NCBI GenBank assembly: GCA_965238005.1
Contig: OZ250165.1
Location: 832,001 to 896,000, forward strand
Direction: 5' to 3'
Length of the DNA stretch: 64,000 nt
DNA from: Longimicrobiales bacterium
GTDB lineage: Bacteria; Gemmatimonadota; Gemmatimonadetes; Longimicrobiales; Gaopeijiaceae
Shown in pieces: positions 9,062 through 18,822 of this stretch. The notes beneath the pieces are model-generated. The model was not told the DNA's origin. It did not search any database and worked only from the letters and a program-made list of their open reading frames with translations. The translations under genes were made by a program, and so were the position numbers. Positions within the stretch are counted from its first letter, which is position 1. Each line of letters opens with the position of its first letter.

Positions 9062-11101
9062 ATGAGGCCCTGGACGCTGGTCATCATCGGGGTGGCCCTG
9101 ACGGCGGCCACGGTCCGCGCGTTCCTGGCGCCGTTTCCGGGCATCGGCGGGAACCCCGTGCTGGACCTGATCGCCTACCACGATCCGGGCCTGCACACGG
9201 CGATCCACGTCTGGTACTACGCGGCGCCAGCCGTCGCGTTGCTGCTCGCCGGCAGCGTCTGCCTCTCGGTCTCGAGGGTCTGGCTCGAGCCGCGTACCCG
9301 GCGCGGCGCGCGCGGGAAGCTGCCCGCATGGCCCACCTCGCCCGGCGACGAGGCGCCCTCGCTCGTGATCGGCGAACTGCATCATCCGACCGTGCCGCGC
9401 GAGAGCGAGCGGCCGTCGTGGCTCGTCGTCCCGGAGAAGGGGCTCTACACCGGCGTCCTCATCGTCGGGGCCGTCGGCACCGGCAAGACCACCGCCTGCA
9501 TGTATCCGTTCGCCCAGCAGCTTCTCTCCTGGCGGGCGGACGATCCCGGCCGCCGTGCGGGCGCGCTCGTGCTTGAGGTCAAGGGCGACTTCTGTCATCA
9601 GGTCCGCCGCATCCTCGAGGACGCCGGGCGCGGGGACGACTACCTCGAAATCGGGCTCGACGGCTCCTGGCAGTGGAACCCGCTCGACGATCCGCTGCTC
9701 GATTCCTACTCGCTGGCCTACGGCGTCGCCTCCCTCATCAACCAGCTCTTCGGCAAGAGTCGAGAACCGTTCTGGCAGCAGGCGTACACCAACCTCGTGC
9801 GGTGGATCGTCGAACTGCACCGGCTCCTGCCGGGGGGCTGGGTCACGCTCCGGGACATCTACCGCTGCACCGTGGACGCGGAGTTGTTCGCTCACAAGAT
9901 CGGCGAGGCCCGCGAGATGGCCGACCGTATCTCTCCGGTGGACGCCGTCATCTCCAGCGACGACATGATCGCCCATGCGGAGGCGCTCAAGAAGTGGGAC
10001 TGGGCGCCGGTGCCCGGCACTGAACAGGTGCGCTGCCGGATGGACGCGGAGCTTCGGGCGCAGCTCGCGAAGCGCGAAGTCGCATGCGAGGTGGAAGCGG
10101 CCGCGGGAGGCGCGGGCGGCGAGTTCAGAGAGCAGGTCGAGGCCATCGAGCGGTGGTACCTGCACGACTGGACGGTGCTCGACGCTAAGCTCCGCACCTC
10201 GATCGTCGAGGGCATCAGCGTCTTCCTCTCGCTCTTCGACCAGCCCGAGGTCGCGGGCGTGTTCTGTCCGCCGCCGCCGGCCGGGGAGCAACCGCCGGAT
10301 GAAGCTACGCCGGACGAGAGCGACGACACCGAAGGCGCCGGCCATCCCATGCCGGGGCTCCGCCGACGGCTGCCGCCGCTCTCCGAACTGATCGAAGACG
10401 GACGGGTCCTCGCGCTCGACATGCCCGCCGGAGCGAACCCCGCGCTCGCCCGCGCCATCGGCGTGCTTCTCAAGAACGCCTGGATGCAGGCGCTGCTCCG
10501 GCGCCCCGCCGAACTGGCCCGGCGCCCCGACCGCTACATGCGACCCGCCGTCTTCATCTGCGACGAATACCAGGCGTTCGCCACCGTCGGGCAGGACGAC
10601 CCTTCGGGCGACGAGAAGGCGTTCGCGCTCACGCGCCAGTGCCGCTGCATCCCGATCGTCGCCACGCAGTCGATCTCCTCGCTCCGCTCCGTGCTGCCCT
10701 CGGGCGAGGCTTGGCGCACGCTCGTCCAGACGCTCCGCACGCGGATCTTCCTGTCGCTCTCCGACGAGGCGTCGGCGCGGGTCGCGTCCGAGATGTGCGG
10801 CTCCGTCATGAAGACGCAGGCCTCCTACACGTTCACCGAGAACACCGGCAGGCCCGAGTTCTCGCTCCTCTCCGGACGCGCCGGAGGCGGACGCGGCACG
10901 ATCGGCGCCAGCAAGTCGTTCCGCCAACAGAGGGAGCCGGTGTTCACGCCGCGCGAGTTCTCGCTGCTCGCGAACTACCAGGCGATCTGCCTGCCCTACG
11001 ACGGCGTCAAGTCGCTCCCCGCACGGCGCGTCTACCTCAAGCCGCACTACCTGCCGCGGGAGACGGGCTACTGGCGGCTCCGCGAGGAGGGACGGATATG
11101 A
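9062..11101 (+). CDS. virD4: Type IV coupling protein (VirD4/TraD-like), copy 1, intact
   Basis: Two N-terminal TM segments, Walker A GAVGTGKT, Walker B FICDEYQ, IVATQS motif. Confidence 0.8.
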   Translation: MRPWTLVIIGVALTAATVRAFLAPFPGIGGNPVLDLIAYHDPGLHTAIHVWYYAAPAVALLLAGSVCLSVSRVWLEPRTRRGARGKLPAWPTSPGDEAPSLVIGELHHPTVPRESERPSWLVVPEKGLYTGVLIVGAVGTGKTTACMYPFAQQLLSWRADDPGRRAGALVLEVKGDFCHQVRRILEDAGRGDDYLEIGLDGSWQWNPLDDPLLDSYSLAYGVASLINQLFGKSREPFWQQAYTNLVRWIVELHRLLPGGWVTLRDIYRCTVDAELFAHKIGEAREMADRISPVDAVISSDDMIAHAEALKKWDWAPVPGTEQVRCRMDAELRAQLAKREVACEVEAAAGGAGGEFREQVEAIERWYLHDWTVLDAKLRTSIVEGISVFLSLFDQPEVAGVFCPPPPAGEQPPDEATPDESDDTEGAGHPMPGLRRRLPPLSELIEDGRVLALDMPAGANPALARAIGVLLKNAWMQALLRRPAELARRPDRYMRPAVFICDEYQAFATVGQDDPSGDEKAFALTRQCRCIPIVATQSISSLRSVLPSGEAWRTLVQTLRTRIFLSLSDEASARVASEMCGSVMKTQASYTFTENTGRPEFSLLSGRAGGGRGTIGASKSFRQQREPVFTPREFSLLANYQAICLPYDGVKSLPARRVYLKPHYLPRETGYWRLREEGRI

Positions 11102-12108
11102 AGCGCGCGAGCGGTGTCGGGCACCTCACCCCGTTCCTTCCGGGCCTGGAGGTGCTGCTCGAGGACCCGGAGGTCTCCGAGATCATGATCAACGGACCCG
11201 GCAACGTCTGGGTCGAGCGAGCCGGGAGACTGGAGCCCCACGACGCTCCCGCACTCACCGCCGCCTGGCTCCACCGCGCCGCAATCCACATCGCCCGGCC
11301 GCTCGGGCTCGATCCCGCCGCGCGGCCGATCCTCGACGCCCGGCTCGGCGACGGATCGCGGGTCGCCATCTGCACCCCGCCCGCGGCTCCCGAGGTCGCC
11401 ATCACCATCCGCCGGTTCGGGGGGCGCGCGTTCTCGCCCGAGGACTTGGTGACCATGGGCTCGCTGCCGGAGGCGGTCCTCCGGTCCGCCCGCACCACGC
11501 TTGCGTCCCGAAGGAACATCCTCGTCTCCGGGGGCACGGGGTCGGGCAAGACCACGCTCTTGAACGCGCTGATCGAACTGCTGCCCGAGGACGAGCGGAT
11601 CGTCGCGATCGAGGACACGCTCGAGCTCAGGATCGACCGCGCGAACTGCGTCCGGTTCGAGGCCGGGACGGTCGGCACCGAGACGCCGGTCTCGATCCGG
11701 GACCTGGTGCGCCACGCGCTCCGCCACCGGCCCGACCACATCGTCGTCGGCGAGGTCAGGGGCGCCGAGGCCGCCGACCTGCTCCAGGCGCTCAACACCG
11801 GGCACGGCGGATCGCTGACCACCGTGCACGCGAACAACGCCCGCTCCGCGCTCTCGCGGCTGGCGAGCTGCGCCATGCAGGCCGAGGGCGCGCTCCCCTG
11901 GGACGTCACCTGCCGGGGCGTCGTGGACGGTATCTCGCTCGTGCTCCACATCACCCGGCAACGGGGCCGGCGGTTCGTCGAGGAGGCCATCCAGGTCCAG
12001 GGCTACGACGCGGCCACCGGCCGCTGGGTCACCGAACCGATATCGAGCGGGGCGGCGAAGCCCCGGAAGAAGGAACAGACCCACACACCGAAGGAGGTGA
12101 ACGCATGA
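11098..12108 (+). CDS. virB11: VirB11/CpaF-family secretion ATPase, copy 1
   Basis: ATGA overlap with virD4; VSEIMING, GGTGSGKTT, IEDTLEL, RHRPDHIVVGEVRG, NTGHGGSLTTVHAN. Confidence 0.88.
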   Translation: MKRASGVGHLTPFLPGLEVLLEDPEVSEIMINGPGNVWVERAGRLEPHDAPALTAAWLHRAAIHIARPLGLDPAARPILDARLGDGSRVAICTPPAAPEVAITIRRFGGRAFSPEDLVTMGSLPEAVLRSARTTLASRRNILVSGGTGSGKTTLLNALIELLPEDERIVAIEDTLELRIDRANCVRFEAGTVGTETPVSIRDLVRHALRHRPDHIVVGEVRGAEAADLLQALNTGHGGSLTTVHANNARSALSRLASCAMQAEGALPWDVTCRGVVDGISLVLHITRQRGRRFVEEAIQVQGYDAATGRWVTEPISSGAAKPRKKEQTHTPKEVNA

Positions 12109-12302
12109 CGGGCAACGACACGACCATCCGCGTCGAGACGTTCGAAGACTTCGACCGCGAGCTCGCGCGCGACGGCGGCGAGACGCTCGAGGTCCCGGCC
12201 TACCTCGCCGAGCAGTACGGCCTCTTCCCCGAGGAGGTCGGGAGCGAGGACGACATCTTGGGCGCCGGCGCCGATCCGCACGGGGAGGAGGACGACCGAT
12301 GA
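12105..12302 (+). CDS. Small acidic hypothetical protein (paralogue at 45906-46109)
   Basis: Translationally coupled to both neighbours and conserved in both module copies. Confidence 0.6.
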   Translation: MTGNDTTIRVETFEDFDRELARDGGETLEVPAYLAEQYGLFPEEVGSEDDILGAGADPHGEEDDR

Positions 12303-13327
12303 AGCACGACGAGTATCACCGCGAGTTCGCCGACCGGGTCATCGAGCAGATCCGGCAGGGCACCGCCCCCTGGCAGAAGCCGTGGGCGCCGGGCGAGCGG
12401 GTGCTCCCCGCGAACGTGGACACCGACCGCTCCTATCGCGGCGGCAACAGCCTGCACCTGGCCGCCGTCCAGCAGGAGCGCGGCTACGGCGACGTGCGCT
12501 GGGGCACCTACCGCCAGATCCAGGCCCGGGGCGGACAGGTCAGGAAGGGCGAGACCGGCACCCGCATCCTCTCTTTTCAGGATCACAAGAGGACCCAAGT
12601 CACCGACGAGCGAGGCCGGCCCAGGAGGGACGCCGAGGGCAAGCGCGTCTACCGCTACGAGCGGCTCAAGGCGCCCTTCGTCCGCCAGTACACGGTGTTC
12701 AACGCCGAGCAGGCCGACGGGCTGCCCGCACGGTCCACCCCGACGCCCGAGCCGCTCTGGAAGACCCACCAGGAGGCCGAACGGGTGCTCGAAGACGGCG
12801 GGGTTCCGATACGCCACGTCGCGGGCGACCGCGCCTACTACCACATGAACCGCGACGAGGTCGTGCTCCCCGAACGGGGACAGTTCCCCTCCGCCAACCA
12901 CTACTACCAAACCGCGCTCCACGAGCTGGGCCACAGCACCGGCCACCCCGAGCGGATGAACCGCGAGACGCTCGTCGAAGGGATCAAGACCGGGTTCGGC
13001 TCGCCCGACTACGCGAAGGAGGAACTCCGGGCCGAAATCAGCGCCATGATGACGGGCGAGCGCGTGGGCGTCGGGCACGATCCGAGCCGGGGCGCCGCGT
13101 ACGTCGAGGGCTGGATCGCCGCGCTCGAGGAGGATCCCCGCGAGATCCGGCGCGCAGCGGCCGACGCGCAGAAGATCTCGGACTTCGTGCTTACTCGCCA
13201 CCGCGAGCGCCTGGCCGCACGGGATCCCGTGGCCGTGGCCGCGACCCGCGCGCCCGGACCCCAGCGGACCCCAGTACCCGTGCCGCCGCTCCCGACGCCC
13301 GAGCGCAGCTCCGGGCCGAGCCGCTGA
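12299..13327 (+). CDS. ardC: ArdC antirestriction protein (ssDNA-binding + zincin-like domain), copy 1
   Basis: APWQKPW, YRGGN, WGTYRQIQARGGQVRKGE, VFNAEQ, HELGHSTGH, YAKEELRAE. Confidence 0.88.
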   Translation: MKHDEYHREFADRVIEQIRQGTAPWQKPWAPGERVLPANVDTDRSYRGGNSLHLAAVQQERGYGDVRWGTYRQIQARGGQVRKGETGTRILSFQDHKRTQVTDERGRPRRDAEGKRVYRYERLKAPFVRQYTVFNAEQADGLPARSTPTPEPLWKTHQEAERVLEDGGVPIRHVAGDRAYYHMNRDEVVLPERGQFPSANHYYQTALHELGHSTGHPERMNRETLVEGIKTGFGSPDYAKEELRAEISAMMTGERVGVGHDPSRGAAYVEGWIAALEEDPREIRRAAADAQKISDFVLTRHRERLAARDPVAVAATRAPGPQRTPVPVPPLPTPERSSGPSR

Positions 13328-13334
13328 GCAACCG

Positions 13335-14234
13335 ATGAGAGGTAGGGAGATGTTCGACCGCACGGTCGAGGAGGACCCCCGTTCCGCCGCGCCACCCAGC
13401 CGCGAGAAGCAACGCATGCGGAACGGCCATCGTCGAGAATACGCCGCGGGCCGGGACGGCGGGTCCATCTCCTTCCCCGAACGGTGCGCCCGCGGACTTG
13501 CCGATATCGGCGTCTACGGCGCCGTCTCCTACCGCGACCTCGCCGAAGCCCGCTTCGGCGGCCATCCCCACACCACCAAGCGGGCCGTGAACGCCTGGGT
13601 ACGGGACGGGCTCGTCACCGAGACCCGGGCCACCGGACCCAAGGGCAATCCCTTCAAGGTCCTCTCCCTCACCCGCAATGGCGTGGCCAAGGCCCGGAAA
13701 CTCGCCGCCGAACGCGGGATGGATCCCGCACAGCAGATCCGGATCGCACGCACCAGGCCCGCCGAGGCCGCGCACGACACCGCCGTCTACCGCGCCTGCT
13801 GGAAGGAACGGCAGCGCCTCGTGGAACAGGGCGCCACCGTCAAGCGCGTCCGGCTCGACACCGAACTCAAGAGCGCCGTCGCGCGCGCGAGCGAGGCCGC
13901 CCGGCTCAAGAACGGCAAGCGGGCCGCCGATGCCGAACGGCACAGGATCGCCCAAGAGCTCGGCCTCCCCCTCGACGACGAGGGCCGCGTGCTCCACCCG
14001 GACGCGCAGATCGAGTACACGGACGCCGAAGGCCGGACCGGACGCGTCAACATCGAGGCCGTCTCCGGCAACTACCGCGAAGGGGCCGTCCGGGCCAAGG
14101 CCGCCGCCGGGTTCGCGCTCCACGCCAACGGGCCGGCCGCCGGGAAACTCCTCGGCAAGCTCGGCCTGGGCGGCGACGGCGGCTCCTGGCTGCGCGGACC
14201 CGCCGACCGCGACCCGGCCGCCGTCGAACTCTGA
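13335..14234 (+). CDS. wHTH + PD-(D/E)xK protein, Replic_Relax-like (candidate atypical relaxase), copy 1
   Basis: wHTH-like N-half, AHDTAVY, HPDAQIEY...NIEAVSGNY; conserved paralogue at 47153-48034. Confidence 0.45.
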   Translation: MRGREMFDRTVEEDPRSAAPPSREKQRMRNGHRREYAAGRDGGSISFPERCARGLADIGVYGAVSYRDLAEARFGGHPHTTKRAVNAWVRDGLVTETRATGPKGNPFKVLSLTRNGVAKARKLAAERGMDPAQQIRIARTRPAEAAHDTAVYRACWKERQRLVEQGATVKRVRLDTELKSAVARASEAARLKNGKRAADAERHRIAQELGLPLDDEGRVLHPDAQIEYTDAEGRTGRVNIEAVSGNYREGAVRAKAAAGFALHANGPAAGKLLGKLGLGGDGGSWLRGPADRDPAAVEL

Positions 14235-14256
14235 CGACCCGGAGGACTTTTAGCCC

Positions 14257-14571
14257 ATGCAACCCTGGAAGATCAGCGCGGGACTTACCGCCGCAATCGC
14301 CGGTTCGGCCATGATCCTCGGCGGGCCGCGCCTCGAATACCTGTCGCCGTTCTGGCCGGTCATCCTCGCCGATTACGGCGTCCTGCTCTCCCTCCACATG
14401 GCCCTCGCGCTCGCGACCGTCGCGGCCGCCATCTACGCCGTCGCGCGCGCCACCGGGCTCGCCGACCTCGGACGCCGCGTCGATCTCGCCGAACGGTCCG
14501 TCCGGCGCGGCGCGGGGGATACGGGCCTCACCGAAGCGCTCCGCAGGGACGCCGAAGGCGACTGGGACTGA
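14257..14571 (+). CDS. Small membrane protein, copy 1
   Basis: Two hydrophobic segments; paralogue at 48044-48358. Confidence 0.6.
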   Translation: MQPWKISAGLTAAIAGSAMILGGPRLEYLSPFWPVILADYGVLLSLHMALALATVAAAIYAVARATGLADLGRRVDLAERSVRRGAGDTGLTEALRRDAEGDWD

Positions 14572-14577
14572 ACGCGC

Positions 14578-14967
14578 ATGAGAGAGCGAACGTCCGTCGA
14601 GACACTGCCCGCCAACTGGCGCAGGCACGCCAAGGCGCTCCGGCGCTACGGGGGCGAGACTCCGGCCACCGCGCTCGAGAGCTGCGCCGCCGAACTCGAA
14701 GCCACGCTCGTCGAAAGGGACGAGACCACCTTCTCGCTCGTCGAGGCGGCCACGGAGAGCGGATACTCCGCCGACCATCTCGGCCGCCTGGTCCGCGACG
14801 GCCGGATCCCCAACGCCGGACGCCCCGGCGCGCCCAGGATCGCACGCACGCACCTGCCACGGAAGGCCCATGCGCCGGCCGAGCCGCGACTGGCGGAGAA
14901 GCCCCGCCGTCGCGACGTTTCAAACGCGCAGATCGTGCAGTCCATCATCGAAAAAGGAATCGAATGA
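14578..14967 (+). CDS. Excisionase-like HTH protein
   Basis: FSLVEAATESGYSADHLGRLVRDGRIP; coupled to the downstream integrase. Confidence 0.6.
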   Translation: MRERTSVETLPANWRRHAKALRRYGGETPATALESCAAELEATLVERDETTFSLVEAATESGYSADHLGRLVRDGRIPNAGRPGAPRIARTHLPRKAHAPAEPRLAEKPRRRDVSNAQIVQSIIEKGIE

Positions 14968-16127
14968 TGGCACGCACGAAACGAGTCCGGCGCGGCTACA
15001 GCGCCGGCGAATGGGGCCGGAACCGGGTGAGGGTGTTCCCCGATCCCAAGACCGGCTTGTACCAGATCGAGTGGCGAGAGAACGGGCGCAGGCTCACCAG
15101 GTCGCTGAAGCACCGCGACTGGAGGCAGGCGAGGAGGCAGGCGGACGAGTTCGCCGCCGGGTTCGCCGGACCGGAGCTGAACGGCAAGAAGAACGCCGAG
15201 CCCGAGCCGCTCACCCTGGGAACGCTTTTTGACATCTACGGTGAAGAGGTGACGCCCACCAAGGGCCTGAGTTCGCGGCAGCACGACCGGACCGCGGCGA
15301 AGATGTTCCTCGGGTTCCTGGGAAGGAGCCGCGACCCGGCGACCTTGTCGCAGCGCGACTGGGACCGATTCATCCGGGCGCGCAGGGCGGGAAGCGTAGG
15401 CCCCAGCGGGAGGCCCGTGTCGGATCGGATGATCGAATACGACCTGAGGTACCTGATCTCGGTCCTCAACTGGGCTTCGAGGTCGAGGGACGAGCAGGGC
15501 CGCCTGCTCCTCGAGTCGAACCCGCTCAGGGGCCTGAAGATGCCCATGGAGAAGAACCCCACCCGGGTCGTTCTTTCCGAACACGAGTACCAAGCGCTTC
15601 TGAAGGTGTCCCAAGAGGTGGATTGGCGGTTCCATCTCGCGCTCGTGCTCGCGCACGAGACCGGACACCGCATCGGAGCCATCCGCAAGCTCCGGTGGTC
15701 CGACATCGACTTGGCACGCGAAACCATCCGGTGGCGCAGCGAGCACGAGAAGACCGGATACGAGCACCGGACGCCGGTGACCGCTGAAGCAATCGCAGCC
15801 TTGGAGTCGGCGCGGGGGCGGAACCCCGTGACCGGCAGCGCTCCGGTGCTGCCCTCGTCGAGGGACCCCTCGGTGAGTGTGGGCTCCTGGATCACCCGCG
15901 GTTGGTGGAAGAGGGCCGAAGGGCTCGCAGGTCTGGAGCCGAAACGCGGCCGCGGCTGGCACTCGCTGAGGCGGAAGTTCGCCTCCGATCTCATGGACCA
16001 GCCCCTCAAGGTGCTCTGCGAGTTGGGCGGCTGGAAGACGGCCAAGACCGTCCTCCAGTGTTATCAGCGGGCGGACGAGGGACAACTCAGGCAGGCGCTC
16101 GCAAACCGCCGGAGAGTTCGGACCTGA
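14964..16127 (+). CDS. Tyrosine integrase of ICE copy 1
   Basis: ETGHRIGAI, HSLRRKFAS, LGGWKTAKTVLQCY; tandem GCGGGAATC repeats (16137-16145, 16151-16159) just downstream resemble arm sites. Confidence 0.85.
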   Translation: MMARTKRVRRGYSAGEWGRNRVRVFPDPKTGLYQIEWRENGRRLTRSLKHRDWRQARRQADEFAAGFAGPELNGKKNAEPEPLTLGTLFDIYGEEVTPTKGLSSRQHDRTAAKMFLGFLGRSRDPATLSQRDWDRFIRARRAGSVGPSGRPVSDRMIEYDLRYLISVLNWASRSRDEQGRLLLESNPLRGLKMPMEKNPTRVVLSEHEYQALLKVSQEVDWRFHLALVLAHETGHRIGAIRKLRWSDIDLARETIRWRSEHEKTGYEHRTPVTAEAIAALESARGRNPVTGSAPVLPSSRDPSVSVGSWITRGWWKRAEGLAGLEPKRGRGWHSLRRKFASDLMDQPLKVLCELGGWKTAKTVLQCYQRADEGQLRQALANRRRVRT

Positions 16128-16184
16128 GCCCAATTGGCGGGAATCAAACAGCGGGAATCCGACCGGTAAATCTCCTAAGTTCAA

Positions 16185-17824
16185 TGATCACAACAGATCC
16201 GAATCCGAAAGCGGATGCTGGATCAACAGAGGTCATCCGTTATATCGAGGATCATCACGACATCCTTCCTCTTCGACACACCATCGATACCCCTGTCACG
16301 GGGCTTCCACCGAGCCTCGTCGACGCCCTGCGCGTGTTCGTCTTGTCTAAGGCCATCCGGCTCGCTCGGGGCCACAGCGCCTTGCACTGCTCGATGCTTG
16401 TGAATGTATCGCGGTTCGTGAACGTCCAAGGCAAGATCGCCAACCGTTTGCATGAGCAGCTCCGCGACATCCAGAGTAGTGTACGGGTCAATGGCGCACT
16501 GTCGCAGACTAGGGCATTAAGTGATCCCGAGATGAACGCGCTGCATCGGCTCTGGCGTCGCGAGTTCAAGTCAACGGGTACAGGCTGGGACATTGTGCAG
16601 GGCCTGCTCCACAAGGCGGCGGCACAGATAAGAGTGGCACAGGTGAACAGTCAGTCGTCTGACAGCCTGTCGTACAAGGACCATCGGGACGTGGGGCTGA
16701 ATGTTGTGGCGGTGGGCGGCTATTCCCTCTCTCGAGGGCTCACACTCGAGGGGCTGACGACGAGCTATTTCCTCCGCAATTCGATCATGTACGACACCTT
16801 GATGCAGATGGGGAGATGGTTCGGGTACCGGCCAGGTTATGATGATCTCTGTCGGGTGTGGATGCCGGAGGAGGCAGAGGGCTGGTACGCCCATATCACC
16901 GAGTCGATCGAGCTGCTCCGAGATGAGCTCAGGAGCATGGAGGCCGTGAACGCGACTCCCCAGGAGTTTGGGCTGAAGGTCCGGAGTCACCCGGACACCC
17001 TCATCATCACGGCGCGCAATAAGATGGGATCGGGCGAACGTGTCGTCCAGCGAATCGGTCTGGGCAAGAAGTTTGTCGAGACGGCAATCCTTCGTCGGGA
17101 CCCCACCAGTTTGGGTCAGAACCTTGCTGCTGCCCGGCTTCTGGCAAAGCGGCTTGCTGTGGCCGGATGCCCCGTGCAAGAAGCCGAGCGGTGTGAAGGT
17201 GGCTGGCTCGTAAGGAAGGCGCCGGTCGACCCCGTATTCTCGTTTCTGCGGGAGTTCCAGAACCATGCAGGATCGATGCTGACCGATGGGAGTCCGATCC
17301 GACGATATATCAAGGAGCGTGAGAATGACGAGCTGTCGCATTGGGATATCTTGTTCACGAGCATTGCTTCAGACACGGACACATTGCGCGACGAATCGCT
17401 CGGTGTGTCTATCAACTGTCAGCGTCGGTCGGCCGGAAAGCGAAGTGACGAGCGGACCCTACTGATCACCGAGAAGCAACGGGTGGCATCACGTGGGGTT
17501 GAGAAGACTGGGCTGAGCCGGCCTGAAATTGAAAGAGTTGAACAACTCTACGAAGAGGAGAATCCGGGAAGGACGAACTACCCGGACCACATATACAGAG
17601 CAGCACGGACGTATCCTCTGCTGATCGTGCATCTGCTTCGCATTCTTCTCCCGGACAAGGGAGGTCCCGATGAGAGACATCCGGAACCGGTGGTCGCTTG
17701 GAGTATCAGTTTCCCGAAGACCGCCAGGGAGGAGGCCCGTGTGGAGTATGTGGTGACACCGACGTGGCTCCACGAGAACTACGCGACAGAGGTCGAGGAC
17801 GATGAGGGGACTGACGAGCAATGA
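16185..17824 (+). pseudogene. Z1-domain protein, 5'-truncated (N-terminal part missing)
   Basis: HCSMLVNVSRF, LSRGLTLEGLTTSYFLR, YDTLMQMGRWFGYRPGY; begins mid-protein right after the ICE integrase. Confidence 0.75.
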
Positions 17825-18822
17825 GTGAGGATCCGTGGAAGGATCTGGAGCCCCTCAGCAGCACAAGCGTTATCAGTGCTCGGCGTGTGGACGCGACGCT
17901 CCCGTGGAGCTTCTTCTGGGCGAGAGGGATCGACCGTCGCTGCATGCTGGTCCTTGAGCATGGGCTCGAAGCGAACCCGAAGAGCCGGTTTCCGACCCTA
18001 CGCGGAATCGAGATCTTCGAGTCCGAAGGTGAACGGGAGGAATCTCGAATGCTCGCCTTCAAGCTACTCGTCCCCGAACACCGAGACCTGTTCTATCGGT
18101 TGTGCCGGGACATTGTAGGGAGCACAAAGGCTGCTGCGACCGAACATCAGGCGGTCGAGGTCACGCTGGCGCGGACATGGCGATGGCACCACCTGTTGCG
18201 CGGTGGAGACGACGGCCGGCTGTCACTTGAGCAGCAAAAGGGACTCATCGGTGAACTCATGGTGCTCCGTGATTTACTGTTGCCGAGTCTCTCGGAGGCA
18301 GATGCCGTTTTGGCATGGCAAGGGCCGCTCGGCTCGCCGACGGACTTCGTCATAGGCAGGGTTTGTATCGAGGCGAAGGCGCGCCGGGGTGCGGCAAAGC
18401 CGTTCGTGGCGATCTCCACACCCGCGCAGTTGGACGGCAGTGGCCTAGACGCGCTCTTCCTGCACGTCGTGGAATTGGATCGGGCACCGCCGGATTCAGG
18501 GGAAGGTTTTTCGGTGACCGAGGTGGCGGGGCTCATTCGGGATCGGCTTGTACCCGGTCATCCAGCGATGGCGGACTTGTATGAGAATCTATTGGCCGCC
18601 GCGGGATTGCGTTGGGACGACGACTACTCGGACGTGCGATGGCTCGAAGGAGCAAGCCGTCTGTTTGTGGTCGAGGGAGAGTTCCCCCGGATCGTTCCCG
18701 CCGTGCTGCCTGCAGGGGTCACGAAGGTGGAGTACGCGATTTCGCTTGTGGAGTGCTCGGAGTACGAAACGGACCAGGCGGCCGTCATCCAAGCTCTTCG
18801 GGGGCCCCATCATGTCGACTGA
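17821..18822 (+). CDS. PD-(D/E)xK motif protein (DUF4420-like)
   Basis: QKGLIGEL...WQGP...DF...IEAK motif; coupled to Z1 and AIPR. Confidence 0.8.
   Translation: MSEDPWKDLEPLSSTSVISARRVDATLPWSFFWARGIDRRCMLVLEHGLEANPKSRFPTLRGIEIFESEGEREESRMLAFKLLVPEHRDLFYRLCRDIVGSTKAAATEHQAVEVTLARTWRWHHLLRGGDDGRLSLEQQKGLIGELMVLRDLLLPSLSEADAVLAWQGPLGSPTDFVIGRVCIEAKARRGAAKPFVAISTPAQLDGSGLDALFLHVVELDRAPPDSGEGFSVTEVAGLIRDRLVPGHPAMADLYENLLAAAGLRWDDDYSDVRWLEGASRLFVVEGEFPRIVPAVLPAGVTKVEYAISLVECSEYETDQAAVIQALRGPHHVD

Noticed and set aside
8981..11047. 688-aa minus-strand ORF and many similar long antisense ORFs (e.g. 50780-53134, 57425-58810)
   Set aside because: These are shadows of real genes in high-GC DNA and carry no motifs.
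15902..16184. Integrase-overlapping N-terminal extension of the Z1 ORF as a real fusion
   Set aside because: It is an alternative frame of the integrase 3' end and the att region; Z1-like sequence starts only after about 16185.
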